A stretch of 64,000 nucleotides of DNA from the human T2T-CHM13v2.0 reference genome, Homo sapiens. The DNA lies in NCBI RefSeq assembly GCF_009914755.1, contig NC_060939.1. One strand, 5' to 3'. Both the position numbers and the translations under genes were made by a program. The notes beneath the pieces are model-generated. The model had not been told where the DNA came from. It saw only the letters and a list, made by a program, of their open reading frames with translations, and did not search any database. Shown here in pieces: positions 30,046 through 43,623 of this stretch (position 1 is the stretch's first letter; every line of letters begins with the position of its first letter).

Positions 30046-31997
30046 GACTGAGCTTATAAGAGAGCCATGCCTTTTGCACTAAACTACACAGACCTAATCC
30101 CTGTACATATATCTGCCTTCCATTCCCAAGATCTCTTGGTAGGGTCTTCCAGAGATCTTCTAGGAATGTACTTAATAACTGGTTCTTCCATTATTTTTCT
30201 ACCATTGAACTTGAAGAAGATGTGACTGGGGAATAAAGGCAAAGCCAAGCATGAGAAGGTAGATCTGAAACAGGAATGTTAGACATGGAATACAAGAGGC
30301 AGAGCAAGAGTAAGCAAGATAGATAATCCTGTAATCCTTCACATGGGAGGAAAGGTTGTAGTAACAACTCCATTCTAACAAGCACAGATAGTACACAGGT
30401 TGTTTTTCATTAAACTTGTGAGAGAAAGAGACACATCTCTAGATATATTATTGGAGTGGTCAAAAATGTCTTCATGAACACAGAACTGAAAGCCTAACAC
30501 ATTCATGCCTAGGCCAAAGAATGTCTAGATGAGATGGCCACTGTGAGATAAACTGCAGTCTTCCACAGTGGACTATGTTTGTCCTTTATTTAAAAAAAAA
30601 AAAAGAATCTAATATGGGTGGTTTTTTTTTTTCCTGTACTTATCCTTACTGACATTTTTACAACAGGTTTTATGTGGTTATCTGCTTATTTATAATATAC
30701 ACATGAATAAATCACTTCCTCAATGCATCTACATTCCTTAAAAAGCCACATGTACTATTACTACATTAGTCATCGGTTTTTCATGGTTGATAAAGCCACT
30801 AACAATGTTGAGTTCTGATGAGATAGAATCACCTGTGCCACAATTTCCCCAAATGTTTCTCAGTAAAGCACATTCACCATATACAGATTGTAGTAACAGA
30901 CTTAGAGCAAAATAATATTGCAACTGTTATGTTTTCCAAGGAACTGAATAATTGTTTTACCTAAGTAAATGAATAACATTGCCTAGTCTCGGAGATTAAA
31001 ATTTCCCAAATTCATTCTGACTCAAAATGGGCAAATATGTATATAAAAATAAATTTAAAATGTGCACATATTCATTACAGTCTTTAAAAATTGCACTGGG
31101 TAGAAGCAGGACATGAAGTGTGGCCCAGTAGTCTAGATTTCCATTTATTTAGGAAAGGGTTTGCCGTGATCTAGCATGAGAGCCACGACCTAACAAAACC
31201 AGATCTGTTAGAATGCCTTGGCACAAGCTTTGTCTAGCTATTGGTAAAGCCAAAACATCTCAATTTCAGCTTTTCCCATTCAAACATTACCTTTAATTAG
31301 GTTTGTTAAAGGCAAGAGCTAACTACATTGTTTTAAATGTAGAAGACTAAGGCTACAACCTATGTTGTGTGGACCCCCAGAGAAGAGTTTAGGTCATTTT
31401 GTTGTTGCTGTTGTCCTTAACGACATGCCAACTGTCAGATCCCAAGGCTGTGAGATGCTCTCCAAGGGAGTGAGAGGGAGGTGAGGTGGTGGGGACTGAA
31501 TAGAGGGCCAATGAAAACCAAACCAAGTGCCATGTTGGCACCTAGACTGGGGCCAATTCTATGGGTGTTGGAGGAGGGATCGATAGAAACAAGAGAAAAA
31601 ATAAAACTCCACCTTCTTCAGACCAGTGAAAGTTAAAAGCTTGTAACACCGTCACCCCATGGAAGTCAATGGATAGTGGACCTTCAGATGGTTTTGCTGA
31701 AAGGAGATGATGAGGAAGCAAAACTAATAGTGAAGACATAAGACACCATGCTTGTTTTTGTCTCTCTCCTGTCAGACCCAAGGAGAACAGGACCAAAGCC
31801 CTGAGGAAAGCAGTCAAACAATGTTTCCACTGAAAAGAGAGAAGGATTCTTCTCCTACAAGGTAGTCTATTTTTATTCATCATTTACACACTTAGAGTTT
31901 ATTGATTTCAGTTAAAATATACAATGAATCCTTCATTTGAAGGCACACTAATTGGTCAGTATTCACTGTTTAAAATTTTTTCATCTTTTTCTAGTAA

Positions 31998-32375
31998 TTT
32001 TTTATTGTGATAGAATTGCATAACATTACAATTACATTTTTGCCACTTAAAAGTATGCAGTCCAGAAGAATTAAATGCATTTACATTGTTGTATAAACAT
32101 CACCACTATCTATGTCCAGAACTTTTCATCTTTCTAAATTGAAACCCTGTGCCTACTAAACAATAACTTCACATTTCCCTCTGCTCCCAGCCCCTGCCAA
32201 CATTTATTCTACTTTCTGTTCCTATAAAACTGGACTACCCTATGTACCTCACATATGTAGAATCATACAGTATTTGTCCTTTATGTCTGTCTTATTTCAC
32301 TTAGCATAATGTCTTCAACATTCATCCATGTTGTAGCATGTGTCAGAATTTTCCTTTATAGAGCTGAATAATAGG
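31998..32375 (-). mobile_element. L1MB-type 3' end
   Basis: Reverse L1M 3' UTR: CATCACCACTATCTATGTCCAGAACTTTTCATC...ATTTCACTTAGCATAATGTCTTCAA. Confidence 0.8.
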
Positions 32376-32419
32376 AGTATTCTCCTTCCTATAAAAATAT
32401 ATCTTTACCATTTATCTGT

Positions 32420-32600
32420 TCTCTGACCTTGAATATGTCAATAAGTCTTTCTTAGCCTCAGTTTCTTCACCTGAAAAATGGAGAAAATAAATTACTTACC
32501 TCACTAGGCCTTTGTTAAGGATTAAATTAAGTAATTCGTGTTAATCATTAGCATAGTACTTAAAAATACATAAGGGCTCATCAAGAGGCAGCATTTATTG
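32420..32600 (+). mobile_element. MIR
   Basis: GCCTCAGTTTCTTCACCTGAAAAATGGAG core. Confidence 0.65.
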
Positions 32601-32664
32601 TTGATGTTGTTATGGTTATTGTTAACATTGTTATTATTAGCTTAGAAGTTGTCACAAGTTTTTT

Positions 32665-33032
32665 GTTTGTTTTTTGTTTTTTATTTTATTTTATTATTAT
32701 TATACTTTAAGTTTTAGGGTACATGTGCACAATGTGCAGGTTTGTTACATATGTATACATGTGCCATGTTGGTGTACTGCACCCATTAACTCATCATTTA
32801 GCATTAGGTGTATCTCCTATTGCTATCCCTCCCCCTCCCCCCACCCCACAACAGTCTCCGGAATGTGATGTACCCCTTCCTGTGTCCATGTGTTCTCATT
32901 GTTCAATTCCCACCTATGAGTGAGAACATGCAGTATACTATGCAGCCATAAAAAATGATGAGTTCATGTCCTTTGTAGAGACATGGATGAAACTGGAAAT
33001 CATCATTCTCAGCAAACTATCGCAAGGACAAA
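32665..33032 (-). mobile_element. Short L1PA4/5-like insertion with 5' inversion (twin priming)
   Basis: Reverse 3' end 32665-32934; forward segment 32935-33032; TSD GTCACAAGTTTTTT at 32651-32664 and 33033-33046. Confidence 0.93.
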
Positions 33033-33924
33033 GTCACAAGTTTTTTAAAGCAAGAATATCTATAACACTGCAGAATTTTGCAAACTCTTTTAGGAAAACC
33101 ATTGGCTTCCTAATGGTCAAATGTAGCTGTGCATTTGGAACACCACATAAATTGGTAGACTTTTGAGCCTAGAAATTTTCCTAAGACATGGTGACAACAT
33201 TAGATGATCACGAACAAAGTTAAACAGCCTCATGGAAGTTCCATTAAACACCTATAAATATGCAAGAAAAAATAAACTTCCTGAAAGAATGAAAGAGCTG
33301 CAATGAAATGTTTCCAGTTCCTGAGTAGAGGCAGGTGAATCAGGTAAGAATGAAGTTGATTGTGCATGTCTGCCTCCATCTTTGAATCATGAGGTAATTG
33401 GGTGTATTCATGATAGGAATTTTTCTTTCTCCAGCCAAAACCAAGCTGGTAATTACAAGTGCCCAAAACCACAATCTGGACACAGCCTGTGACACAATCT
33501 GGACACAGCCAGGTCTGAGATCAGACTTGGAAAGGCCCTTCCCTCCATCTGAAAAATGCCTTTGCTAGTCAGAAGAAGCTAACAGGGAGAACACCACCAC
33601 ATTCCCTGATCCTCCATGGGATCCTCAAGACCAGGGGCACCATGGGGGTCCTTGATTACATTGTTCAGGAAACCAATGAGGGAACGTCTTGGCTTCTTTA
33701 TAGAAATTACATAATATAGAAGAAAAAAGCAAAACACAGCCAACAAACAAAAATGCTGATAAGTCCTTTTGAAGGACAATACACAAAAGCTCAGTTGAAG
33801 CTTTCACACATAGACATGCATTTTTCATTTTTCTTCTTGGAGATGAATTTCTATGTGTGTACTTTATTTGTACTTGGGCTCCAAAATCATGTATCCTTTC
33901 CTCTTGCTGTAGGCAGTTACATGG

Positions 33925-34293
33925 TGTCTTAGACTACTTGGGCTGTTATAACAAAAATACAATAAACTGGGTGGCTTCAACAACAAACATTTATTTCTCA
34001 CAGTTATGGAGGCTAGAAAGTCCAAGATCAAGGCACAGGCAGACTCCATGTCCAGTGAAGGCCTATTTCCTCTTTCATAGATGGCTGTCTTCTAACTGTG
34101 TCCACACTTGGCAGAAAGGTGAAGGAGCTCTCTGGGGTCTCTTTTATAAGAGCACTAATTCCAATCATGAGGGCTCTATCTTCATGGCTTCGTCACTTTC
34201 CTGCCAAGAGTCCCTACCTCCTGATGCCATCACCTTGGGCGTTAGGATTTTGCCATATAAATTTGGGGGTACACAAACATTTGATCCACAACA
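33925..34293 (-). mobile_element. MLT1A0-like MaLR solo LTR
   Basis: TGTCTTAG...TTTATTTCTCACAGTTATGGAGGCTAGAAAGTCCAAGATCAAGG...CACAACA. Confidence 0.88.
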
Positions 34294-36932
34294 GGTGGCG
34301 TACTATTTGAAAGTAGAGCTGTATTTATCTAAATATTATTTGGTGGACAGATCAGAGAGGGAGTATCATACCTAGAACCCTGGCCCACAGAAGTTTTTTC
34401 CAAAGGTTTATGTAAAAGCTCTGAAGTGAAAAATTCCAAAAATGGTTTAAACAATAGTCACTTGATTTCAGACAGTATGCAGATTTTCAAGATGAATAAC
34501 TTGAAGCTTCCATTCTGACATACTGGTTAAGCTATCCATCTCACTGTCTTAGGCTTAAGCAGCACCCCCTTGCCAGTTGTCATTCCTGTGACTGCTAGCT
34601 CCGAAAGGAAAAGGCAGGAGATGAGGATTCTGATCTAAGGGTGAAAGAATTATGCAAAGTTTCTTGCCTCAAAGGACACAGGAATTTTGTAATTCTTTTG
34701 AACACTTATACCAAATGTCAAATTTCCCCAAAGCTGGATGAAGAAGGAAGGGAAAAGAACTGACATTTATTTGAGCTAATACTCTGTCATGCATTATGCC
34801 AAGCAATATGCATGGCAATTTTGTTGATAAATTAGAGGAATTGACAAATCAGAGAAATAAAGTAGCTTTCTCAAGATTACACAGTCAGTAACCCCAGGTC
34901 TGTTTCCCTTGAAATCCTCTCTATATTCCATTATACCCTAAAGCTTCATCCCTATAGCTTTTCTGAATGTCAGATATAGAAACGTCTCTATTTGTCTCAG
35001 ATCTCTCAGGTAAGACATTGCCTTACTAAATATATGACCTCATTCGGGATGTGCCAGGAGGCTGCCAAGGCAGCTGGAATAGTTAGAGTGAGGGCAGCCA
35101 TATTTCCTTGATCACACCGAAACCCGCTCAACCAGACATCTCAGAGTGGGAAACAACATCCTGATTTCTGAAAAATAGTCAATGGTGGCACAAGATAAAG
35201 GCAAACATTTGGGTTGGCACCAGCCATTAATATGATTCCTGATGGACAGGGCCATCTGACTGTGGGAGGGGTTACTTTCTCAATCACTTGTAGGGTGATG
35301 GCACAATGAGAGTGAGTGACATGTAGCTCGATTATATTTGCCTCCCTTCATGCCCACGTGAATGCACTGGTCTTTTGTTTGGCATTAGTACAAATCCTCT
35401 GTCTCTCCCATAACTCCTAGGTATCAATCATGAAGTTAATAGAAGTGGGATCCTCCAAAAGACACCTTGGCTTTCCCCACAGTCATCCACCTGTTCCACC
35501 TGTTTCAACAGGTGAACTCACTGCAAGCACAGAAGACATCTAAGGACTTTAGAAGTGAGGTAGCCTCCCAGGACACCAAGACACCTCCCCCAAGAAATGA
35601 CTCCATTTGTACATTTTCATATAATGTTCTTTCTACAAGAGGATCTTTGTAATTTACTAGACCCTTTTCTTTCTCAAAATACATGAGGATACCAGAGGAA
35701 TTATCTTCTAACCTTCATTTTGACCCTTTCACCTACAAACTTGATTGGATCTGCCTAATCTCTGAGGAACTTGCTAAGCTCTGGTTGTCAATTTATATGG
35801 CCAGATTGACAGAAAGTATGAAAGTCCTGTGGAACTATGTTTACTTTCACACATGAGCCAGTGAGGTAAGCCAGTTCATCTGGTGATGCAGCATTGATGG
35901 CTCTTCTTGGTCCCCAACCATGCATGTAATAATACACATGGTTTCTATTCATTTTCAACTGACTTGAGTCATCAAATTAAAACATATTCAGTGAATATAG
36001 TTCAAAGAAATGAGATAATGTTAAAGAAATAAAAACATTCAGAATAACTTTTCTTTGTCACCACGTTGGCTTAATTAGACAGGAATTGGTCCTACTTTGA
36101 TTTTGTAAATGAGGAATTTAAGAAGCAGCAGTAATAATAATTACTGCAATATTTTCAGCCTTTCTAGGTTGTAAATTCTCAGCACTGTCGTTATTTGCAT
36201 TCAGCCCTCACCTAAGGTTTTCTCAGATGCCTGTGGTTTAGATACCCCCACAGTAGGGATACCTTCCATTAAACTTAACTCACATGTAAAGCCTTTCCAA
36301 CTTTAGATGAGTAGTGAAAAGCTGCCTTTAGCCTGTCATTGAAGTACCTTCTACTACCAGGGCAAGCTTTTAAGTGAGGGTCTTGATAAGAGCATTCCTC
36401 TGAGATGATCACTCTAAGACTTGGAGTAGGAAAGGAAATGAAATCCCAAGTTGCCTTATCCACCTCCTACCCCTCCTCTTGGTTCATCATAGTAGACTTC
36501 TATCTCCCCCAATTTTTTTACACACATGAACAGGGTCTGTAAACATAAGTTGTCGCCTCCTACATTCCTTTGACAATCACCATTTCCTCTAGGAAAAACT
36601 CTTCCTGCTCCACCCAGGTAGGGTTAGGTGAGCCTCCTCTATACCCTAACAGCAGCCTGCATGTATTTCTATTATGTCATTTGTTAAACTACCATGAGTT
36701 TGTTTTTTATAAATTATAAGAAGCTTTTCATTAATATCGATAAATGTGCATATATTATGGGCTTTATACCTTTGATGATACCATGTTCTTCTATTATGTG
36801 GTGGTTTAGAGATTCATAAAATTCATTCTTACCTATTTAAATTTGTCAAGAAATGTGCCCTTGGTTGACGGTAGGTAAAGAGGTTGCAAACTTGGTATCA
36901 GTAAGGCATAAAATCTGGTTTGTTCTGACCGC

Positions 36933-37372
36933 TGTATTATATTTCTGCTGTTGAATAACAAATTATGCAAACAAGGCAAACTTGAAACGATAGCCACTTA
37001 TTATTGCACACAATTCCAGGTAAGCTTAGCTAATTCTTCACTCAGAGTCTCACACTCAAGATATCAGCCAGCTGCCATTCCCATCTGAGTCTTGGGGACT
37101 TCTTCCAAGCTCATTGGTTGTTGGCAGAATTCATTTTCTTCTTACCCTTTCCATGTGGGTTCTCCATCTTCAAGCCAGCAATGGTAGTTTGAATTATTCT
37201 TATGCTTCAAATCTCTCTGACTCCCTCGTCTGCTGCCAGCCAGAGAAAAATCTCTGCTTTTAAAAGCATGATTAGTTTTGCCTACCTGGACAATTTCCCT
37301 TTCACCCTAATATGGGCATAATATCAAGTTCAGGGGCCTTGGAAGTCATCTTAAAATTACGCCTTTTACAAC
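36933..37372 (-). mobile_element. MLT1E-like MaLR LTR
   Basis: TTCCAAGCTCATTGGTTGTTGGCAGAATTCATTTTCTT...CTTCAAGCCAGCAATG...CTCTGCTTTTAAA. Confidence 0.65.
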
Positions 37373-40300
37373 CATGACTCTGGCACTTTTGATCAAATAT
37401 TTCTGCATTCTTCATCTTTTTGTCTATAACAAGGATATGATTTTCTACCAGGGATGTTTAGAATTGAGAAATGCAAGCTGAAGTGGTCCTGAAGTAGTCA
37501 GAGAATCACTGAACCAAATGGAATCAATCCCACAGTCTTGACTTCAGAGGAAAGTGTATGCTGACCAAATGAGCAAACCAGTCATCTCTACTGGGAAAGT
37601 AATAATAGAGGTGGCCCTGATTTCAGAAGCAGAGTGAGATGCCAATGACTCCACTAAAATATTTCATTGTCCCAATAAAGTAAGGTTGTGACCACCATCT
37701 GAGTCGCTGCTGTCAAAGCACAACTTCAGTTATACTGTGCAGACTAGAATTTCTGAGCCCAATATTATTAAGCTGATTTTCTGATTATAATGGAGTCCAA
37801 TTTCAGCTATTTCTCTGTGCACTTCCTATTTTTATAAAATTATATCAATCATAATCACTGTGATAATATTGTCAGTGCTGTCTAACTTACATATTTAGCT
37901 TATAAGTTAACAAAATCTTTAACAAACCAGCCACAAAAGTTAGCTTTATGAACCAGACTTATAGAGAATATAAAGGGACATGAAACCCATAGGAAAAGGA
38001 AATTCATCTCCTAAATAGTCACGATTATTTAGGCAAGATTTATTCCTTTTCAGTAAACCCCTTGAAAGAGGAGACTATCTGTGTCTTACCATTTTGCCCC
38101 CAACAAACTGCCTAATTTCATATCTAGAACATAGTAGGTGCTCAAGAAATACTTGCTGAATAATGAATGAACATTTGTTAGGAAACTTTAGTAGGAAGGA
38201 TTTTAATAGTAAAACCGTGAAACTAATCTAAGTGTCTAAAACTAGAGAACGATTTAATAATGTTTTAACAGCCTCCAAAATTATGTTGAGGAAGAATAAG
38301 ATATATCATAACATAAAAATTGTGATACAGATTATAGATGAAAAATTTAGGTTACCAACAAGAATGTATAAAATATTCCATTAATTATATATACATATAT
38401 ACACATATTTTACTATTTTATATATTAAAAGATATACAGCATTATACTATGTTGGTTATCTCTGGGGATCAGATTACAGGTTGTTTTTACTTGCTTCCTT
38501 GAGATTTTTTTCTGTAATATCTGAATTTTATTCCTTTCTTTCCAAATTTGGGGAAAAAAATAAGGTTTCTGAAAATTAAAAAAAATAGATAATATATCAA
38601 GTTTGGACTGCAAACCAGAGCTTTCAGCAGAACATAGTTGAGTCTTTGCCATAGACACCAACTCATTTCCTTCCTTTCTGTGGCATTCATTCCACTATCA
38701 TGCATTTTTTCCCAAATGAGATGACAAAATGGAAAGACCATTTCTACACCAAGCATTGAGCCATAGGAAAGCGGAATGTCAGTCAGGGCATCTGCAGATC
38801 AGGAAATCATGTCACAGAAAACAGGACCTGTATAAGATCTAAGTTTATGCCATTTGCTGATCAGTTACCATATTTCAAAAATTATACACACTGTAATCCC
38901 CTCTCTCTGTTCTGCGGGCCCTTTGAAGAAGAAGGCATTTTTAGCAAATGTCCTTTAAATGGAGAAAAGAGGCAGATCAATTTACTCCAAACTACTTCAG
39001 ATTAGATCTTAGTCAGAATGCCTCCCCAGAGTGGAAGCTCTTCTCCAGAAGTACCTTTCCTGTTGGATTCAGGTTCAGGGTTGGAACCCACAGACCCAGA
39101 ATGATAGGCTATCAGCAAAGAAAAGCATGTCATTAGCATCCAGCAGCCCTCAGTTTGTCCTTGTCTCCTTCATCTTCCTTCAAACTTCTATTTTTCTCTT
39201 AGATTTCCCTGAAACTCTTTTAAAAATTCCTTTTGAAACAAGTGGGTGCCTGACTCATTGCCTATTTCCTCTGTTTTCCACCCAAGTGGTAAACAATGGG
39301 CTCTATTCAAATGTGGACCGTCTGTGAGCTGGGAACCTGCGTGCAGACAAAGCTCCTTGTCCCAGGGCAGACTGCCAGACCCATGCTCTCCTCCACTCAC
39401 CTCCTAGGCTGTTTAATAAGGGCCACTTGGCAAAAGGCAACATATTGTCATGGTCCTGTGACCTTGTAGTTCTCTGTCTCTTTTCCCTTCAGCCCGAAAG
39501 AATATTTCTCTAAATTCTCAAGTCAACGCATTTGAGAACAGCCTTTCAAAAGATACTTGTAGGAATAACAGAAGGTAGTTCAGGACCCAGTCAAAAGGAC
39601 TATCTGGCTTTATTTACAATAATTTTAATGCCTCTGTCCTAACTCCTCCAAAGTTATTAATATTTTGTCTGTAGATGGTGGTTGCCAGGAAAGAGAATCT
39701 TGCAAAGTCAAGGGCATGACAAAGCTGAGAAATAGAGAAGGCTAGCCTAAGACTTTGGGAAGAGAAAGGTGAAGGAAAAAAATAGTAGGAATCAGACTAT
39801 GGAACAAGAAGAACGGGACAAAGTTTCAAGTCCAAAGTGAGCAGGTAAGACAAAAATAACTGAACTTAAATGACAGAGTAGTCTTCAGGGAAAAAAAGAG
39901 AGAGAGAGAAGAGACTAGAGAACACATTTGCTTCAAGTGCTTGAGGAAAGCACACCTCCAGTGTGTAGAGGAATCACAGGAGGAGATTTTGCATATGGTG
40001 TCCAAACTCCCTTCCCAAGAATTTATGTTTCCTGAAGAACACTGCCAACTTCCCCCCTCCATCTTAAAATGGTAAGAAAGAGAGTTAAAGAGAAGGTAAG
40101 GGAAACAAATAAATAATTACGATATTCCAGTTATATTAGATATGTGTGCATTTTAAAATAACTTCAACAACCATATGAAATTGTGGCTCTTGTTCCTGTT
40201 TTTTTTACAGATGAGAAAATTGTAGCTTATGGAGTTTAAATAATTTGCTCACAGTCACAGAATTAGCGCTAGAATTTAAAATCAAGTGGTATGACTAAAA

Positions 40301-40549
40301 AACCATGAGAAAATTCATTCCTTCTTTTACAAAACAAGTCACTCTCTACTGACAATCAAACCCAAGTCCTCTAGATTCTCCATAATATTATTTACATCTA
40401 TCCTCTTCTATCCAGCCCTACTGTCCCTCCCTCATAGCTTACTAAGTTTTCCCCAAAAGCCTCCTGACCTCCCTTCTCTGTGTCCCCCCATTCTTTTCCT
40501 TTCTTCTTTCCTTTTCCTTCCTCTCTCAACATGTATCTCATCAATTCCA

Positions 40550-41530
40550 ACCTGCTTAAAACCCTTCAGTGACTTCCCACTGACCTAAGATTAAGTCATT
40601 GCTCTCAAATATGGCACTGCTTACCCATTGTTCTGCATATTATATTCTCTCTCCATCACTTTCTATGTTCCAACCACATTGGACTTCTTTAATATCCTCA
40701 AAACTACAAGTCGTATACCAGGGAAGGGCTTTTACACAGGCTGTTTATTCACTGTGGAACACTCCCTCCTCCTCTTCTCTTAGCTCAGCCATTCGCAAAC
40801 TTTTGGGGCTCGGCCCCTTTGTGCTCTCAAATCTTCTGAAGAACCCCAAAGACCTTTTCATTTTAAAAAAGGTAGATTATATCATTATATCATGTTGCAA
40901 ATTAGAACCAATTCTTTTTTAAATATTTAATTCATTTTAAAACAACATAGTAAACTGATTATACCTTAACATAAATAACATTTTATGAAAACATAGCCAT
41001 GTTTTCCAAAACCAAAAATACATGAGTGAGACTAGTAGTGCTGTTATGCATTTTTTGCAAATCTTACCAATATCTGGCTTACTAAAGGATAAATGGATTC
41101 TCATGTCTGCTTCTGCATTCAATCTGTTGTGAAATCTATGTTATGCAGCTTCTGTAAAACTCCATTGTACACTTGTAATGCAATAAGAATGAAAAGGCAA
41201 ATGACTTCTTAGTATTATAGGAAAACAGTCTTAACTCCTCCCTAAAAGTGTCTTAGACAGAGACATCCAGGAAACCCAAGGTATACATTAGGAACTCTTA
41301 ATTATCCTTAATATCTTGTCTTAAAGTTAAAATTTGCAAAGATGTCTTTCCTGACCTCAAAGAATAGGTCTGAGTCCTCTTGTTATATGTTTCTATAACA
41401 TTCTTACCTCTCTGTCAAAACACTCACCGTACCTATAATTTATTCAATAATTTGCATAAGGACAGGGACCATACCAACTTTGTTCATAGTGAGTCTCCAG
41501 TGCTCAGCACACAGCAAGGACTCAGAAAAT
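40550..41530 (+). mobile_element. L2 fragment split by a Charlie element
   Basis: CCTGCTTAAAACCCTTCAGTGACTTCCCACTG (left) and AAGGACAGGGACC...CAGTGCTCAGCACACAG (right). Confidence 0.55.
40786..41298 (+). mobile_element. hAT-Charlie non-autonomous DNA transposon (Charlie4a/MER80-like)
   Basis: CAGCCATTCGCAAACTTTTGGGGCTC...GAACCCCAAAGACCTTTT...TCTGCTTCTGCATTCAATCTGTTG resembles recalled consensus. Confidence 0.7.
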
Positions 41531-43071
41531 CTTTGTGGGAGGAAGCAGGAAATAGAAGGGGGAGAGCAAGGAAGTAAGGCCTCAGACTCAATGACACAGC
41601 TCCCTGACAATCGCTCCATTCCTTCAGCAGGATGTACACAGAGATATAACTTTCTACAGCATCCACTGCAGCTCTGGGCTCCATTTCCCTTTGAAATGGG
41701 ATGGGAGAAAGGGGCAGGTAACAGACTGGAGTGAGGAGACTGAGGAGAAACTGTAGAGAATAATACTTAGGAGTACACGTGCTGGATTCTCTCATTAAGG
41801 TAATCATTCAATATTTACTAAGCAGCTACAATTTGCCAGGCATTCTTCTGGGCACTTGGGACACATCAGTGAACAAAATAGAGAAAAGTTTCTGGCCTCA
41901 AGCGATTTACAGGCAGACCTGAACTCAACCACACATCCCTCCACTTGAGTTGGCCTGGATTGTTTGTTTAATCTTCTTGTGCCTTATTTCTCTCATCAGT
42001 AAAATGTGAACAAGCCTTGAGAGTTTCCAGGTGAGAACTAAATGAAAGAATATCTTTAATGTACCCAATAGAATCAGGCACCTGGTAGGTGCCTAATAAA
42101 TGGAAATCTTTCTGCTGGCAACTCTTATTCCAAAATTGATTTTTTTTTCATGTACAGAAACTATTCGATAGATTAGAATCCAGTCACTCACAGGATATCA
42201 CTTGGGTAGTTGTCGGGGAGGGGGAGTGGTGTATTTAGGGTCTTCTCAGGATTCGGGGGGCTGGCTGCAGTGTCATTTTCCTATAGAGAAGCATCACCTC
42301 TGGCTTCCTCTCTTCTTCACAAGCCACCTGGATATGTTTACATTGAACTATGCAAGGTACTATTGTAGTCTTAAGCTATGCAGTATTTCAAAACAGACTT
42401 TCCTGAGGACTCTTACAAAAATAATTATGCCACGAGTGTCAGACTATTTGAAAGAAGATATTCATAGCCAACTGTTTGTAAGGGACCACCTCCTTACATG
42501 GGTTTATTGTGTATCATAGGGTTGCTGGGGTTTTCCAACTTCACCCTCTGAGTGTGGGTTGGCCTTTCTGAGAAAGCTACACTGCCTTTGAAGTAGGACT
42601 ACCAGGAGAGAGGGGGAAATAAAAAGTGTAGGGCTCTTTGACTTTTCATTTCCCTTTCTATCTACTTACTCTTTGTGCCTTCTCCAGTTAGTACCACACT
42701 AGAGAAGTGTTAGGTAGAGGAAGAGGAAGAAAGAAAAAAGGACAATCTTATCAGTTGATTTTGCTATGTGTTACCAGTCTGGTAAAAACATTTGAAGTTA
42801 GAAAGTATTCAAACATGAATAAAGTTTGGGAATTACTTGTATGGATTTAATTTCCTCAGAATAGCCTCATTGTTCCTTCGCAGGAAATATTCATGAGTCA
42901 ACTATCCAGAATCATAGTTATTATTCAAGCGGTGTGGGTTTAAAAGGAGATTTGATGCCATGGCAAACCTCACTGACTTAGACTGTTCTTCAAGTTAAAG
43001 AGCAGGATGATGTCTGAAGTGGCTGAAACACATATGGCTTCAGTGTGTCAAGAAGACCTGAAAGATCCCAC

Positions 43072-43623
43072 ATGGAAGTGAAATTCATTACTGGCAAGCA
43101 CGGTGGCAGGAGACCCCAGAGGGCTGAGCCGCAAAGAATTTGCAGAGCCTTATGGCTAACTCCATGGCCTAGTTTGATCTTGAAGTTACTGTCTTGGATA
43201 ATCCTCTCAAATCTGTTCCTGCACTTAAGAGCCACTCATCACATGATGGAGCTCCCTCTCAGGTTCCTTTACATCGCCCTGTCAGAAATGACTTTCAGGG
43301 AACAGACATCACATCAAATCATCCAACAGATGTCCCTTTCAAATAAGTTGGAGCAGAACCAACTATATGGAGAAGTCATAAACAAAGAAACAGACAACCC
43401 AGTGATTTCCAGCGGATTGACATTACTCTTTGCACAGAAACCTCAGTCTCCTGGGTGGAAGAACATGAGTTCAACAAAGCGTGTGTGCACTATATTGGCT
43501 GACTCTTGCCGTGCTCAGGCTCATGCTGCTGACAGGGGAGAGAGGGGACATTTTGGAGTCCAAATCTTGCATCATTTCATTGAAGTGTTCAATGTCATGG
43601 CTGTAAGAAGTAACCCATTTTAA
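43072..43623 (+). CDS. C15orf54: Putative uncharacterized protein C15orf54 ORF (183 aa, MEVKFITGKHGGRRPQRAEP...AVRSNPF); coding status doubtful
   Basis: ATG 43072 to TAA 43623 in non-repeat DNA; peptide recognised from memory as C15orf54; hydrophobic stretch at aa 26-52. Confidence 0.75.
   Translation: MEVKFITGKHGGRRPQRAEPQRICRALWLTPWPSLILKLLSWIILSNLFLHLRATHHMMELPLRFLYIALSEMTFREQTSHQIIQQMSLSNKLEQNQLYGEVINKETDNPVISSGLTLLFAQKPQSPGWKNMSSTKRVCTILADSCRAQAHAADRGERGHFGVQILHHFIEVFNVMAVRSNPF

Noticed and set aside
34285-34302. CTCF-like CAACAGGTGGCG at the MLT1A0 junction
   Set aside because: Partial motif match only, no supporting context
33857-34375. 172-aa ORF
   Set aside because: Mostly within an antisense MLT1A0 LTR, with a non-ATG start
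43045-43071. ORF-track N-terminal extension MSRRPERSH
   Set aside because: Starts at GTG; the first in-frame ATG is at 43072
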